62,000 nucleotides of DNA. Origin: Wallemia ichthyophaga EXF-994 (lineage: Eukaryota; Fungi; Basidiomycota). The stretch is taken from positions 120,001-182,000 of the forward strand of contig NW_008806292.1 in the NCBI RefSeq assembly GCF_000400465.1. Reading direction: 5' to 3'. Below the pieces are notes generated by a model. It was not told where the DNA came from and searched no databases. It saw nothing but the letters and a program-made list of their open reading frames with translations. The translations under genes were made by a program, and so were the position numbers. Of this stretch, positions 47,983 through 59,199 are shown in pieces. Positions within the stretch are counted from its first letter, which is position 1; each line of letters begins with the position of its first letter.

Positions 47983-49153
47983 CTAATCAAACGTTATCTT
48001 GTTTCCTGCTGCTGGCTGGTTGATTGCACCACTGGCCTTATCTGAACGCTGTGCATTAGCAAGCGCGGCACCAGGTTTAGCACGTTTTGGTGGTTTGCTT
48101 GAGTCATCTTGACGCTCCCTACCACCACCTTCCTTCTCACTCTCTTTGTCAAACTTGCGCTTCTTCTGCTCGCTTCTATCCTGGCCAAACTGCACCTTCA
48201 ATTCACGGCCGTACATCTTGTGGTTGTGAGACTCGCAAAGTGCAGAAGTGGCTTGTGAAGTGTTCTTGAAATCAATGAAACACCAACCTTTGCATTTTCC
48301 GCTGTCTGGGAATGTACCAAGACGGACTCTCTTGATGCCAACGTCCAGCTTATCATCGGCGCCTGCTTTGTTCTGCTCAATCTGACGCTTGTGGTGTTTC
48401 TCCGCGTTGCTGACTAGCCAATTTTTGATCGATTCCTGTGTTGTATCGAAGGACAAATTACCAAAGAAAAGCGTTGGATTTGGCTTGTTTTGTTGGCTGC
48501 TGAGAATTTTCCTACTAAACTTGGACAGATCCTTCTCGTCTGCGATTCCTTCAGGCAGCTGGGGCTTTGGTCTGCCTTCAAAGTTGCTAGACGACTTAAT
48601 CAACAGCTTCCTGCCATCGAGGTTGTTCTCAGATTGCGCTATAACCTTGTGCATGATATCCTCCGTCGACAGATCCACATAGGCGAACCCTTTGTTGTGC
48701 TCATGGGCTTGGTGACCCTTGGGCATATTTATTCTAGTGATAACGTCCTCAGATTCGCCGATATTGTTTGCAATCCACTCGAAAAGCCGCTCTCTCGTTG
48801 TTTTGAAGGATAAATTGCCAATCCACACACCCCAGTGAGATCTCTTTTCTTTCTCTGGTGCTGGTCCACTAGCCTCAGTTTTGGCTGTCGACTCTGTCTT
48901 CTCTTGGTCGTCAGCGCCGGCGTTCTTCTCAGCCATGGCAGCTTCTCTACGCTGCTTTCTTCTCTCTTTATGACCTGTACTGGATGTGAGATGGATTAAT
49001 TACAGATATACTCCACCCACTCAACGCCTTCTCTTCTTCTGGCTGTGGATGCTCACTGTCCCCAGCTTGAGCCTGCACTTGCTGAGTATTCACCTCCTCA
49101 TGCACCTCACTCCCGCTATCGCTCTCACTGCCGCTGCTGCTGCTGCTGCTCAT
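47983..49153 (-). CDS. NOP13: Nucleolar two-RRM protein (Nop13/Rnp24-like), 2 exons
   Basis: Exon 1 MSSSSSSGSESDS..; ALSHKERRKQRRE across the intron; WGVWIGNLSFKTT; NKGFAYVDL; LFFGNLSFDTT; VRLGTFPDSGKCKGWCFIDF. Confidence 0.85.
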
Positions 49154-49191
49154 CGCTCGTCTCTCTTGATAGCTAACGACCAACCCGTAAA

Positions 49192-50225
49192 ATGTCAAAC
49201 GACGACAACAAATACAAAAACAAATTACTCTCAAGGATTCAATTCGGTGGCCGCGTGTACAAATTGCAGGATGCAGACCTCGACAATATACAATCGTTTG
49301 ATAGAGACAAAGATAGAGATATAGATACAGACTCGTTACAAGTCAGTTAGTCTCGTCTGATCACGCAGCCCTTCTAATCTCCAGCTAGGTGGATGAGCAG
49401 ACGCGGGAGAGACGGGCGAACAAATTCGGTGCTGTTGAGATGGACCGTGACGATACAAAGACAGAGCAGGCTGGGAAACTGGAGCACCCTGAGCAATTAG
49501 ACGACTCACACGATACTCACGATCCAGACGCTAGACCAGATGCCACCGTCAGACCTTATTCTCTCTTCCTCAGCGGCGACATCGTTGGTAAACTGTCGAC
49601 TCAGCAATTGCTAGCGTACGCAACTGAGTTCTGTGAACCTCCTCCATATGGTATGGAATGGATTGATGATCACCGTTGTGTGTTTCTCTGGCACGAATCA
49701 CACGACTTCAGACAAGCTTGGAAGGGTTTGCTCCTTGATCCTCCAGAAAGAGGTCTCCCCAGACACGGTCAGGATGACTTCTTTAATCTCCTCCCTGCTA
49801 GAAATGTCCCCTCCACTCTCAGCAGAATAGACCCCATCGACGATGCCGTACAGATACGCATTCGTCCGGCTACCACTGGTGACGTCAAGAAGAAAACTCA
49901 GTACAGAAATTCAAGATGGTATGATAATCACGGTAGACGCGCTGGTAAAATTGGTGAATCGCCTCCACGAGTAGACTCAAGTAGACGCGAAATGAGCCCG
50001 GAAAGATGGGAAAACGATAAAGCGGATTTGGACGCAGAGTTGGATGGCATCAGCACAGGTCGGTATCGCGACTATTCGCCTCCACGCAGCAAGTCGAGTA
50101 GGTCAAGGGGAGGAGCGCGGGGTAGAGACAGGGGTAGATCTGGTCGTGATCGGGAAGCTAGACGACCACTCGCCAATGCAGATGATCTTGATAAAGAACT
50201 TGAAGACTACGTGTCTAATAGGTGA
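49192..50225 (+). CDS. NCBP3/DUF2414-like protein, 2 exons
   Basis: Exon 1 MSNDDNKY..DSLQ, intron GTCAGT..CTAG, then RERRANKFG; MEWIDDHRCVFLW; IRIRPATTGDVKK; SRWYDNHG; DLDKELEDY. Confidence 0.6.
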
Positions 50226-50259
50226 TGACTGAATAAATAATACATGTACAAACTGATAT

Positions 50260-50900
50260 CTACACAAACGTGCCACTGTTCACGACTAGAAATTCATCCG
50301 CATATTTTGCGAACACCTTTCCTCGAAGTAGTGGTAGAGCAACAGGACCATAGCTCCTACTATCGCGTGAGTTGGTAAGGTTATCGCCAGCCAACCAGAC
50401 GTGATTCTTGGGTACTTGTATGTACTGGCTGTCTGGGTCATCTAGGTCAATAAAAAGGGGGTCTCTGAGAATAGTATCGCCTGGAAAGCCAATCAAACGT
50501 TTACATACGCTCTTGTCAGGCTGGTCGGGAGTGAGAGCAACGACTAGATCACCGCGCCTGACTCCGCTACCATACTCTCTCCTCAAAAGATCGATAGCGC
50601 TTTTACTTGCCACTTTAACCAGATTCTGCTCATCATTCTGCAACCCCTTTTTGATTGACATTGGCTCATGGAGGAGCCACGCGCCTGACGACTCGATTGT
50701 CGGTATCATTGATATCCCATAACTAAGTTGCATATCGGCGACATGCATTCTGAATATTTCCGCTCCGCACCATATCTTTTCATCATCAGCGTCTTCTCTG
50801 TTGAGGGGGCAGCGGTGAGGCTTACTTGGATAGTCAGCAGCGAAGACCGCCACGCTATTCTGGAAACCTGCTGGCGATTGCGCCACACAGAGCGCAACAT
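50260..50900 (-). CDS. IMP1: Mitochondrial inner membrane peptidase subunit Imp1 (peptidase S26), 2 exons
   Basis: Exon 1 MLRSVWRN..LLTIQ, intron GTAAGC..AAAG, then GISMIPT; RRGDLVV; CKRLIGFPGD; VPKNHVWLAGDNLTNSRDSRSYGPV. Confidence 0.9.
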
Positions 50901-50927
50901 GTTCTTGAGTGAGTGCGACCAACAGTC

Positions 50928-51444
50928 ATGTCACCGCACGAGGAGCCACAGAGCGTGAACGTAAAAATAGACAAAGATGCAGCACAGCCGGGACAGAGCT
51001 ACGATAGATACAAGAAGGCATTCGAGCTGCTATCTGTGGATGATGTTAACAAGATTGAGAGTGTGCCGTGTATGCGCAACGCTCTCCTCTACGGGATAGG
51101 CGGTGGAATAACATTCGGTGCTATTCACTTCATATCCACGAGGAGTGAGTGGCGTGTGTATTTCAGTGGCTTGTAAGACGCTCACACCGACAGGAATCAA
51201 AAGCAGTTGGAATTGGACATTTGCTAGCTCAATGGTGGTGATGGTGGCCACATGGCAGCACTGCCGTTCCAGACGCGGCGAAGAAATGGACAAGATGAGA
51301 CTCCTTACTGAGAAGTATAGCGATCATCACATCTCCAATCTCAAGCGTAAGAATGACGAAGCGAGAAGACAGCGAGAAGCGCAGGAGCAGGAGCAAAAGC
51401 AAGGAAATGAATATAAGTGGTATAATCCAAAGCGATATTTGTAA
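50928..51444 (+). CDS. COX20: Cytochrome c oxidase assembly factor Cox20, 2 exons
   Basis: IESVPCMRNALLYGIGGGITFGAIHF; SWNWTFASSMVVMVATWQHCR; intron GTGAGT..ACAG near 51145-51193. Confidence 0.85.
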
Positions 51445-51449
51445 ACAAC

Positions 51450-51851
51450 TTAGCAATCCCACAACTCTTTCCTATAATTCTCAACTAAATCCTTATCTGT
51501 ACCGTACTTGGCTTGAAATTGGGTAAAGCCACCCCTGAGAACCATCACATCCTGCTCTTTAGCATTTGGTAGCAGATCCTGTCTCGATTCTGCGTAGATT
51601 CTCGCTGCTTTCGGTCCCCTAGACTGCGATAACGCGCAATGGAAGACGACTCTAGGTACAGACTCATTTTGCTTGACGAGCTCGTGCACGCTATCCAAAA
51701 AGCTATTCGAAGGTACATTCTGGCAACCTTTGATATGACCGCCGATGAAATCAGAATCCCTTACATCCACAACCAGTAGTTCTGCTGGCTTGCCGATATG
51801 GCTGAGAATTTCTTTGTCGTTTACGTATCTATAAGGCAGCCCGAAACTCAT
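51450..51851 (-). CDS. Cdc25-like rhodanese phosphatase/arsenate reductase (Ibp1/Ych1-like)
   Basis: VVDVRDSDFIGGHIKG; HCX5R loop VFHCALSQSRGP; VLRGGF. ATG at 51851. Confidence 0.9.
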   Translation of the reverse strand: MSFGLPYRYVNDKEILSHIGKPAELLVVDVRDSDFIGGHIKGCQNVPSNSFLDSVHELVKQNESVPRVVFHCALSQSRGPKAARIYAESRQDLLPNAKEQDVMVLRGGFTQFQAKYGTDKDLVENYRKELWDC

Positions 51852-51884
51852 GTTCACTGTTTACTTTCAAGAGCGATAGAACAA

Positions 51885-53378
51885 ATGTCTTCATCTAGTG
51901 AATCAAGCGTGGAAGAAGATTACGAGGGCTGGAATTCTGACGATTTGGAAAGCAAGAAGACGATAGCACTCACTGCAAATAAGACATTCGATAGGCCTGA
52001 GTCCGCTTTAGAATTTGATAAGCAGAATGGCTTGGATTTGATTGAATTGATAAAGAGGCTCAATTTAGATTACTATAATCAAATCAGATTGGTAAACTTC
52101 ATCAGAAAACAAGGCAAGGACGCAGTTTCAGCCATCACACCAAACGACGCCTTCTTCTCAAATGATGAATACCTGATCCCAGCTATAGAGTCAGATCCAC
52201 TGCTGTTCCAACTCACCAACGACGATGACTGGTCAGACGACGAGCAGCCTACGAACACTACCGATGAGCAATTGAAGCAATTGCAAGCTCAATTGAAGCA
52301 ATCGAATAGTTTCATCAACGATAAACTCTTGAATGATAACTTTGTTGATACGGAGTATTTCGAAAGCTACGACTACAATGAGATTCACGAGACTATGATC
52401 AAAGATCATGTTAGGACTGCTTCGTACGCTCAGTGGATACTCAACAACCAGCAGCTCATTAAAGGTAAGACTGTCATGGATGTTGGCTGTGGTACAGGTA
52501 TCCTCTCCCTCCTGGCTGCCAAAGCCGGCGCCAAGAAGGTTTATGCCATCGATGCATCCAACATCGTGCGCAAAGCCAATGAGAATATTGCAGCAAACAA
52601 TCTCACCAACGTCATCCAAGTAGTTAAGGGTAAAGTTGAAGAGATCGATCTGGAAGGAGTACAAGTCGACGTTATTATATCAGAGTGGATGGGATATTTC
52701 TTGCTCTTCGAAGCGATGCTTGACAGTGTAATTGTAGCAAGAGACAGATACTTGAAGCCAGACGGTGTAATGGCACCATCGCACATGCGCATCCTTCTGG
52801 GTGCAGCATCTAACTCCGATTGGTGGAACGAGAAGGTTGGATTTTGGGATAATATTTATGGTTTCACAATGAGTGGAATGTCAAAGGATATCCATAAATC
52901 TGCTCACGTCGAATCATTCGAACAGAGCTCACTGATAAGCAATAGCGTTGGCCTACTAGACATAAACACCAAAACCCAAAAAGCAAAAGCATTGAACTTC
53001 AAGTCATCATTCAATCTGAAAATCGAAAGTGATGAAACAATGCATGGATTTCTCGGTTGGTTTGACACCTTCTTCACAGACTCCAAGTCAGCCGAAACAC
53101 CAAAAGAATGCAACTCACAAGATCCACCTTCCGTTAAGTCCCTCATAGATGACGCCGGTGCTGAGCATAAGGATGTCTCTTTCACCACTGGTCCTCATGG
53201 TACTGAAACTCACTGGAAGCAGACTTTCTTCGCCTTTTCGAAACCATTAGATGTGAAGAAGGGTGATAGTATATCTGGTGTATTCATCTCTAACAAGAGC
53301 GAAAGAGGTTTGGAGATGGAAGTCATATGGAAATTGAATGACAAAGAGGAAGTCAAATCGTTATTCAAACTCAACTAA
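51885..53378 (+). CDS. RMT3: Protein arginine methyltransferase, PRMT3/Rmt3 type
   Basis: LDYYNQIRLVNFIR; YFESYDYNEIHETMIKDHVRT; VMDVGCGTGILS; ISEWMGYFLLFE; TTGPHGTETHWKQT. Confidence 0.9.
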   Translation: MSSSSESSVEEDYEGWNSDDLESKKTIALTANKTFDRPESALEFDKQNGLDLIELIKRLNLDYYNQIRLVNFIRKQGKDAVSAITPNDAFFSNDEYLIPAIESDPLLFQLTNDDDWSDDEQPTNTTDEQLKQLQAQLKQSNSFINDKLLNDNFVDTEYFESYDYNEIHETMIKDHVRTASYAQWILNNQQLIKGKTVMDVGCGTGILSLLAAKAGAKKVYAIDASNIVRKANENIAANNLTNVIQVVKGKVEEIDLEGVQVDVIISEWMGYFLLFEAMLDSVIVARDRYLKPDGVMAPSHMRILLGAASNSDWWNEKVGFWDNIYGFTMSGMSKDIHKSAHVESFEQSSLISNSVGLLDINTKTQKAKALNFKSSFNLKIESDETMHGFLGWFDTFFTDSKSAETPKECNSQDPPSVKSLIDDAGAEHKDVSFTTGPHGTETHWKQTFFAFSKPLDVKKGDSISGVFISNKSERGLEMEVIWKLNDKEEVKSLFKLN

Positions 53379-53479
53379 GAATAATTCTAATTTATTTTAT
53401 ATGCTCATTTTATACAACAATTGTTTGCCATGTGTAAAATAAATACTGCAATTGAAAAGTTTTGAATATGCCAACTTCA

Positions 53480-56400
53480 TTAATCTGAAGATCCATCACT
53501 CAGCATAGACTCAGCGTCGTCATCTAATCCAGTAGTAGGCGAATCGTCGATCAGATTGAAGTAAGCATCTATCTGTTCAGTAAAATCCTCCTTTGTACTC
53601 ATGATCTTGGCTGCTCCTGGTATAGCCCCATATTCGATTGGTCGCATCTCTGTCTTAATAGCTAACGCCTTGTCACCATACGAAGTCTTCTTCTTTGGAT
53701 TATATTCGAAGAACTGCTTATCAGTAAAGCCATACATATCTCTGAGATTGCTTTTTAGGAGTGTGCAAATTGAAAAAACAACGCTGCTCCTTATCATGTT
53801 CTTCATGGTCTCATTGATATTTTCGAAAGAAAGTTCGTCACGAAGTTGTTCACCGTGCGTCGCAAGATACGTAGAGAGCATCTTGCCAATACACAATACT
53901 TCCTCATTGTTCTGATAGCTGAAAGCGAGCAAGTTGTCAGCCACAAACTTTGACATCGAGATGCTATCATCTGAGACAGCCTTCCTCAATGGATTCATGT
54001 CGAAGTGTTTGACAATTCCACCCAAAAAATCCAGCTTCATTAAACGTTTCTCCTTCATAAAATCGAACCACGTTTCCAATAATGCAACATCATTTCTAAA
54101 TCCATTTTCTTGTCCAGTTATGAGACGGTGGTACTGGAAGGCTTTTTCAACCGTGGCAAGATACTGAGTATTGAGAACAGAAGCGTGTTTAGAGTGAAGG
54201 GTTGCGTGGAGCTCTTTAGCCTTTGCGACCGTTGCTCCTGATGTACTGGTCTCGAGAGCTACTAGTGCTGGGAGTAGCTATGCGCATTTAGCAAAGCCTT
54301 TAATGTAGTTGCAATACTCACTTCAATTGGGTGGGTTAGACCCTGTTTAACGACAAATCCTAATATATCTATGGCCGGTGCGCTTATGGCGGCGGACGTA
54401 GAAAGCGCTGCATCGAGTATATGACGAAGGTAACGTGTCAGTACGCGCGGACCAACGCTAATAATGAAGTCAGTTGCAAATTAAAGTCACACATTTCACT
54501 CACTTAGAGTCATTCAAGACATCAGCATCGCCAATAAGGTTATCGACAGTGATTTCTTTGTTCTGTACTGTTGCATCATCAGGCTTATCGTTCTTCTTAA
54601 GCTCATCCACTCTCAAATACTCCTGGAATACCAATAAAAGTTGCAGCTGGTCTGATTTATGCTGTGTATCAGTATCACCAAACACTTCGTCCATCATTTG
54701 GATAGAAGCCAGATCATTCATCAGATAAGGATATCCAACAAAAAGACAACCTAGTCCGCGTAATGTGAGAGCACGTATACTCGGTTCTTTGACATTTGAA
54801 CGAACAGCCATAAGCAAAACCCAGATGCGTACGGGGATGGTGAACTCTCTTTCGTCGTCTGATTCGTCGGTATGTTCAAAGACGAGCAATTTATCTACCT
54901 CATCAAGATCATTGGCTGCGTTGAAGTACTGCTGACGTGCTCTTTCCCTAACGTGCATATCATCGTAGTTCTTAACATCATCAAAGTCGCAGTGCTGAAC
55001 AAGGAGGGACATGATTATAATGAGTACTCTGCACTTCATAAATGCTTCCTTGGTTTGTGAATTACTATCCAATAGTGCCTTCGTTTCAGTTACTGCCTTG
55101 AGTAGCATTCTTGTGAGCGTAACATAAGAGTTCGTGTGGCGGGTTACGACGTGGCAAAGACATGCTACAGCTTCGGAAAGCTCAGACATCCTGCCATTTG
55201 GATTGGCTATTAAAGGCAACAGCCTATTCTGAAGATTATCGGTGAGACGCATTGATGTTACTATTGGGAGTCTCGGTATGACCTTTCTGAAGATCTTCAG
55301 AGTAGCTTCGCAAATGGCTCTTTCTTCAGGCTTTAGTGATTATTAGTAGAAAATCCAACGCGACGAATTAGCACCCACACTTCGACCATTAGTTAGCAAC
55401 GGTAAGAGCTGCTCAGCAGCGGAACCTCCAACAACTCCTTTGCCTGTACCAGAAATGACAAGTATAGCTCTTACACAAGCGAGAGGACTAAAATTCTTAT
55501 CTTCTTCCCTCATGTCAAGCCTGTCTACTAGAGAATTTGCGATAGATTTAAGACGTGTCGAAATTTGAACGTTGTGAGACATTGGATGTCTCTTCACCAG
55601 CTTCAACATAGCCTCTTCGAATAAACTATAGCGATCCCCAAAGAGCTTGGTGACCATCATGATAATCTCTACAACATCATTGATCGATTTCGATTGATCG
55701 TCTTCATCATAACTCTTCTCATCTCTGATAAACGCCTTCTCCTTTGCTGATGACTTGGGGATAACAAGGTCCAGCCAAAGTTTGTCAAGAGCATCAAGAG
55801 CAGCATCTTTCAGTAAGTCATCCTCATCAGCAATACGCAAGCAAAATAGCTTCGCTATTTCCGCCTTTCTTTTTAAGCTGGTAGTTGACTCGTAGATATC
55901 TCTGAGAAGCTTTGCAACACGCTTTCTAACCGCAGGACTCGAATCATCGATTCTTCTACTCACAATAGTGAAGTATGCATCGGCAACTCCACTGTCCTTG
56001 GCGAGATGCTTAGAAAGGACATCCAGAGCTGCATCCCTAACACTAGAAGCGACATCACCGACCCTGCTACTAATACAACGCTTAATATCTTCATCATTGA
56101 GGAGGCTGTTATCACTCATAATGGCTACACCAAGTGCTTTGACAGCTTTAGCACGGATAGATGCTGAGTTAGAAGAGAAAGACTCTAAGATGGTGACGAG
56201 AATTCGATCCTGCGCTTTCTGTACAAGCGATGTAGATGAGAGCTGTAATGTGATGTACTGCATTTGGTTCATGCTGAGACGATTATAGTCAGCAAAATCC
56301 ATATTCTCGTCTTCTGCCCAGATCTCTTGAAGGAATGTAAAAAGCTTTCCTTGTACACCTGATTGGTTATGACGAACTGTTTCATCTTCGCCTGCTTCTT

Positions 56401-59162
56401 CAAAAATGGTTTGCGACACCTGAAGCCCTCTTACTATTGCATAACCCCATTGCGATCCAAGCGACTCATAGGCTGACCTACATAGTTCGCTTCTCGACCC
56501 ATTTATGTATAAATTCATGAGTAACTGCTGATGAATAGAGTGAAGATTTTCTAGTGCGCCGATATCTCCATTAGTGACAGTCCTTTCAATATCAAAGTAT
56601 GGATTAGAATCATTTTTGCCTTCCTCATGCATTCTTTGAAGCTCCACCGTTCTAACATGAGCAAAGATGTTACCGAAATGCTCCAAAATCACCGAGCGCA
56701 TGTTGTTGACTTCAGTTGGTGATTTGATTTTCGGGTCTATTTCATGCTCTACTAGCTTGACAGTGACAACAAGTAGCCAGGATGCACCGGGCCACTCTGG
56801 AAGATGCAGTACTGTCAGTGCATCATTTACAATATTCTCCAACATGATCTTATAGTCTGCCTCATGCGAGCTCTTTTGCGATTTGGATTGTGAGATGTGA
56901 GTAAACACTTGAAACATGATGCTCTGCGAAATTGATATTGTTGGAACTAGAGCCCTCTTCCAGAGTCCAGCCTCAGCTAACAGAAACTCTGTATGTTTTT
57001 TATCTTTCCCATCATCTACCTCCTCATCTTTGAAAGTGTTCAAGTGATGTTTGTCGCGCAAGGTGTTGACTTGTTCGTGCACGCTGTGCGAGCATGCTTG
57101 AACAAGCTGGAAAAGTAGTGCTGAGAGTGTGAAGATTGATTTTCCTGACTTTAATTGGTACTGCCTGGTTTGCTTCTTTAACTCAGGTAATTTAATCGTT
57201 GCAGAGAGTATTTCGTCGATAATCCAATGTCTTTGTGTATCGTAGTTTGCGAAGATATTTTGCATGAGAGTGAGCGCAGTCAGGCGCAATTCTCGCAATC
57301 CAATACCCCCTCCAATTGGCGAAAGAGCATTTTTAACGGCACCGTTCTTCGTTGATGTTGGTTCAGCTACGAAAAATGGTCCGATCGAAATGTATGTTGC
57401 GGTGATCAAGACTGAGTCTCCCAGACTGACATGCGTAAGATTCATTAGGGCATTTAGAGATGGAAGGGATGATTTGATTGCGTTGAAGAGGTTCGAGAGT
57501 TGCTTCTTGATTGGCTGTGGATCTTCTCTTGCAATATACGCGAGGCACTCAGATGGGTTGCCTATTTAAAATGTTAGTTAGACATGTACTACACAGCAAA
57601 ACGTAGACCCACTGTATCCTTCTTCAATTGCTTCAACGTATGAATATACAGTCTTGGTGAGATGATGTCTGAGAACCGACAAACACTTCGAAAGCACGTC
57701 TTCAAAGTAAAGCTGCTTTGGTAATTGGTCGAACTTCATAATCAGAAGAATGCACTCCACTGCTATAATGGATTCTGTGGATGTTTGAAGGTTTCTTTTA
57801 CATCCTTCGACATCCCGTTCATCCACAGTCCAAACGGATAGCTTGTCACCCAGCCCAACGGTCTTGCTGAGTAGCTTGATCAGACGTGCGAGCGTAATGA
57901 CCAGCTCTGATTGCGAAGTACCATCAAAGTCATTATTAGCCAGCTCAAGAATAGAGTTTGGCTTGCTGGCATAAAGTTGATTTAAACACGAGGAAATGTC
58001 TTTGATAAAGGTTGCTTGCAAGTGACCACCACTTGCAAACATAGCAGCGTATTCCTTAGGGATTTCATCCACGCCCATCAACACGCTATCTTCAGTCTCC
58101 AAAATTGAATTAATAAGTTGCTTGAGCTTCTTTAATGAATGCTTGTCAATTGAGTTATTGGACAGCTCTGTAGCAACAACAGTCCTGCGAGATGATGCAG
58201 CCTTGGGAATGTTCTTCAAAAGCGGGTTGTGTGCAACGATTTTGTCAACAAATTTATCGTCTTTTGTAACAGGAGGCGGTGCTTTCTCAGCTTCCATCGC
58301 TTCTGCAGGCGGATCGGAACTGAAATGCACTTGCTTGGCTGGTTTTGATTTTGGGTCTGACACATTTCGTGAAGTTTTAGGCGGTTCAGTCTGTTTGGAG
58401 CGTTTATTGCTAGGTGAGTTTGCTTCATATGGAACATCTCGCTTCTTGCTTTCCTTGTTTTTTGCAGGTAAATTTTCACCATCAGTCTTTGCATTCTCCC
58501 GTTTTAATTTGGACGATGAAGGAGGAGGAGGATCGTTAATGATTCTATTCCTCAAAGAGTACAGATAGTTGCTGTCATCTTGCATTGATAATGCGATTTC
58601 TGCGTTGCTAGTATTCTTTGTCTTTGGTTTACTTGATCTAGGGAGTGGGGGTATAGATTTTTGTACTTTGTTTGCTGTTGAGTTAGGCATACCGATATCG
58701 AGATGGACTGGATTGTTAGATATTGATATATCTGCAGGTAGTTTGATATTGCTTTTGTATGTCAGCCATATCAAAGACATTGAATACGCGGAACTAACGG
58801 CAGAGATTCGTCCTGGATATTGAGCTGATGCTGTTTGCGTATCAGATCTACAATATCTTCGTCGTCTGATGCGCCAGTATTCCAGATGATATCAAATTCC
58901 TCGTTGGACGGCTTGGAGGAGGCTAAATCTGGAGACGATATATATGTATGTGATTCTGGAAAGAGCCTGGAGACTGTTGTGTGTGTTATCTCTTTGCATC
59001 TCGATGTTTGTTCTTCAACTCACATTGAGAAGATGGAAGTGCGTTTGGAAAGGGGGAGATAGAGATAACATCATTTATGTTCTTGATTGGCCTTTTGCTA
59101 TTCCCCGGCCCATCATCCTTGCCACCGCCATAGAATGATCTCACGGTGAATTTGGTCGTCAT
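53480..59162 (-). CDS. SCC2: Cohesin loader Scc2/Mis4/Nipped-B, multi-exon
   Basis: Exon 1 MTTKF..SISPFPNALPS; QRHWIIDEILSA; LPEWPGAS; IRAKAVKALG; VRDAALD; DSSPAVRKRVAKLL; KQGLTHPIE; Nipped-B C-terminal FVADNLLAFSY. Confidence 0.93.
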
Positions 59163-59199
59163 CGTTGGGTTGATCGTTCCCTTCACCGCAACAGCGATT

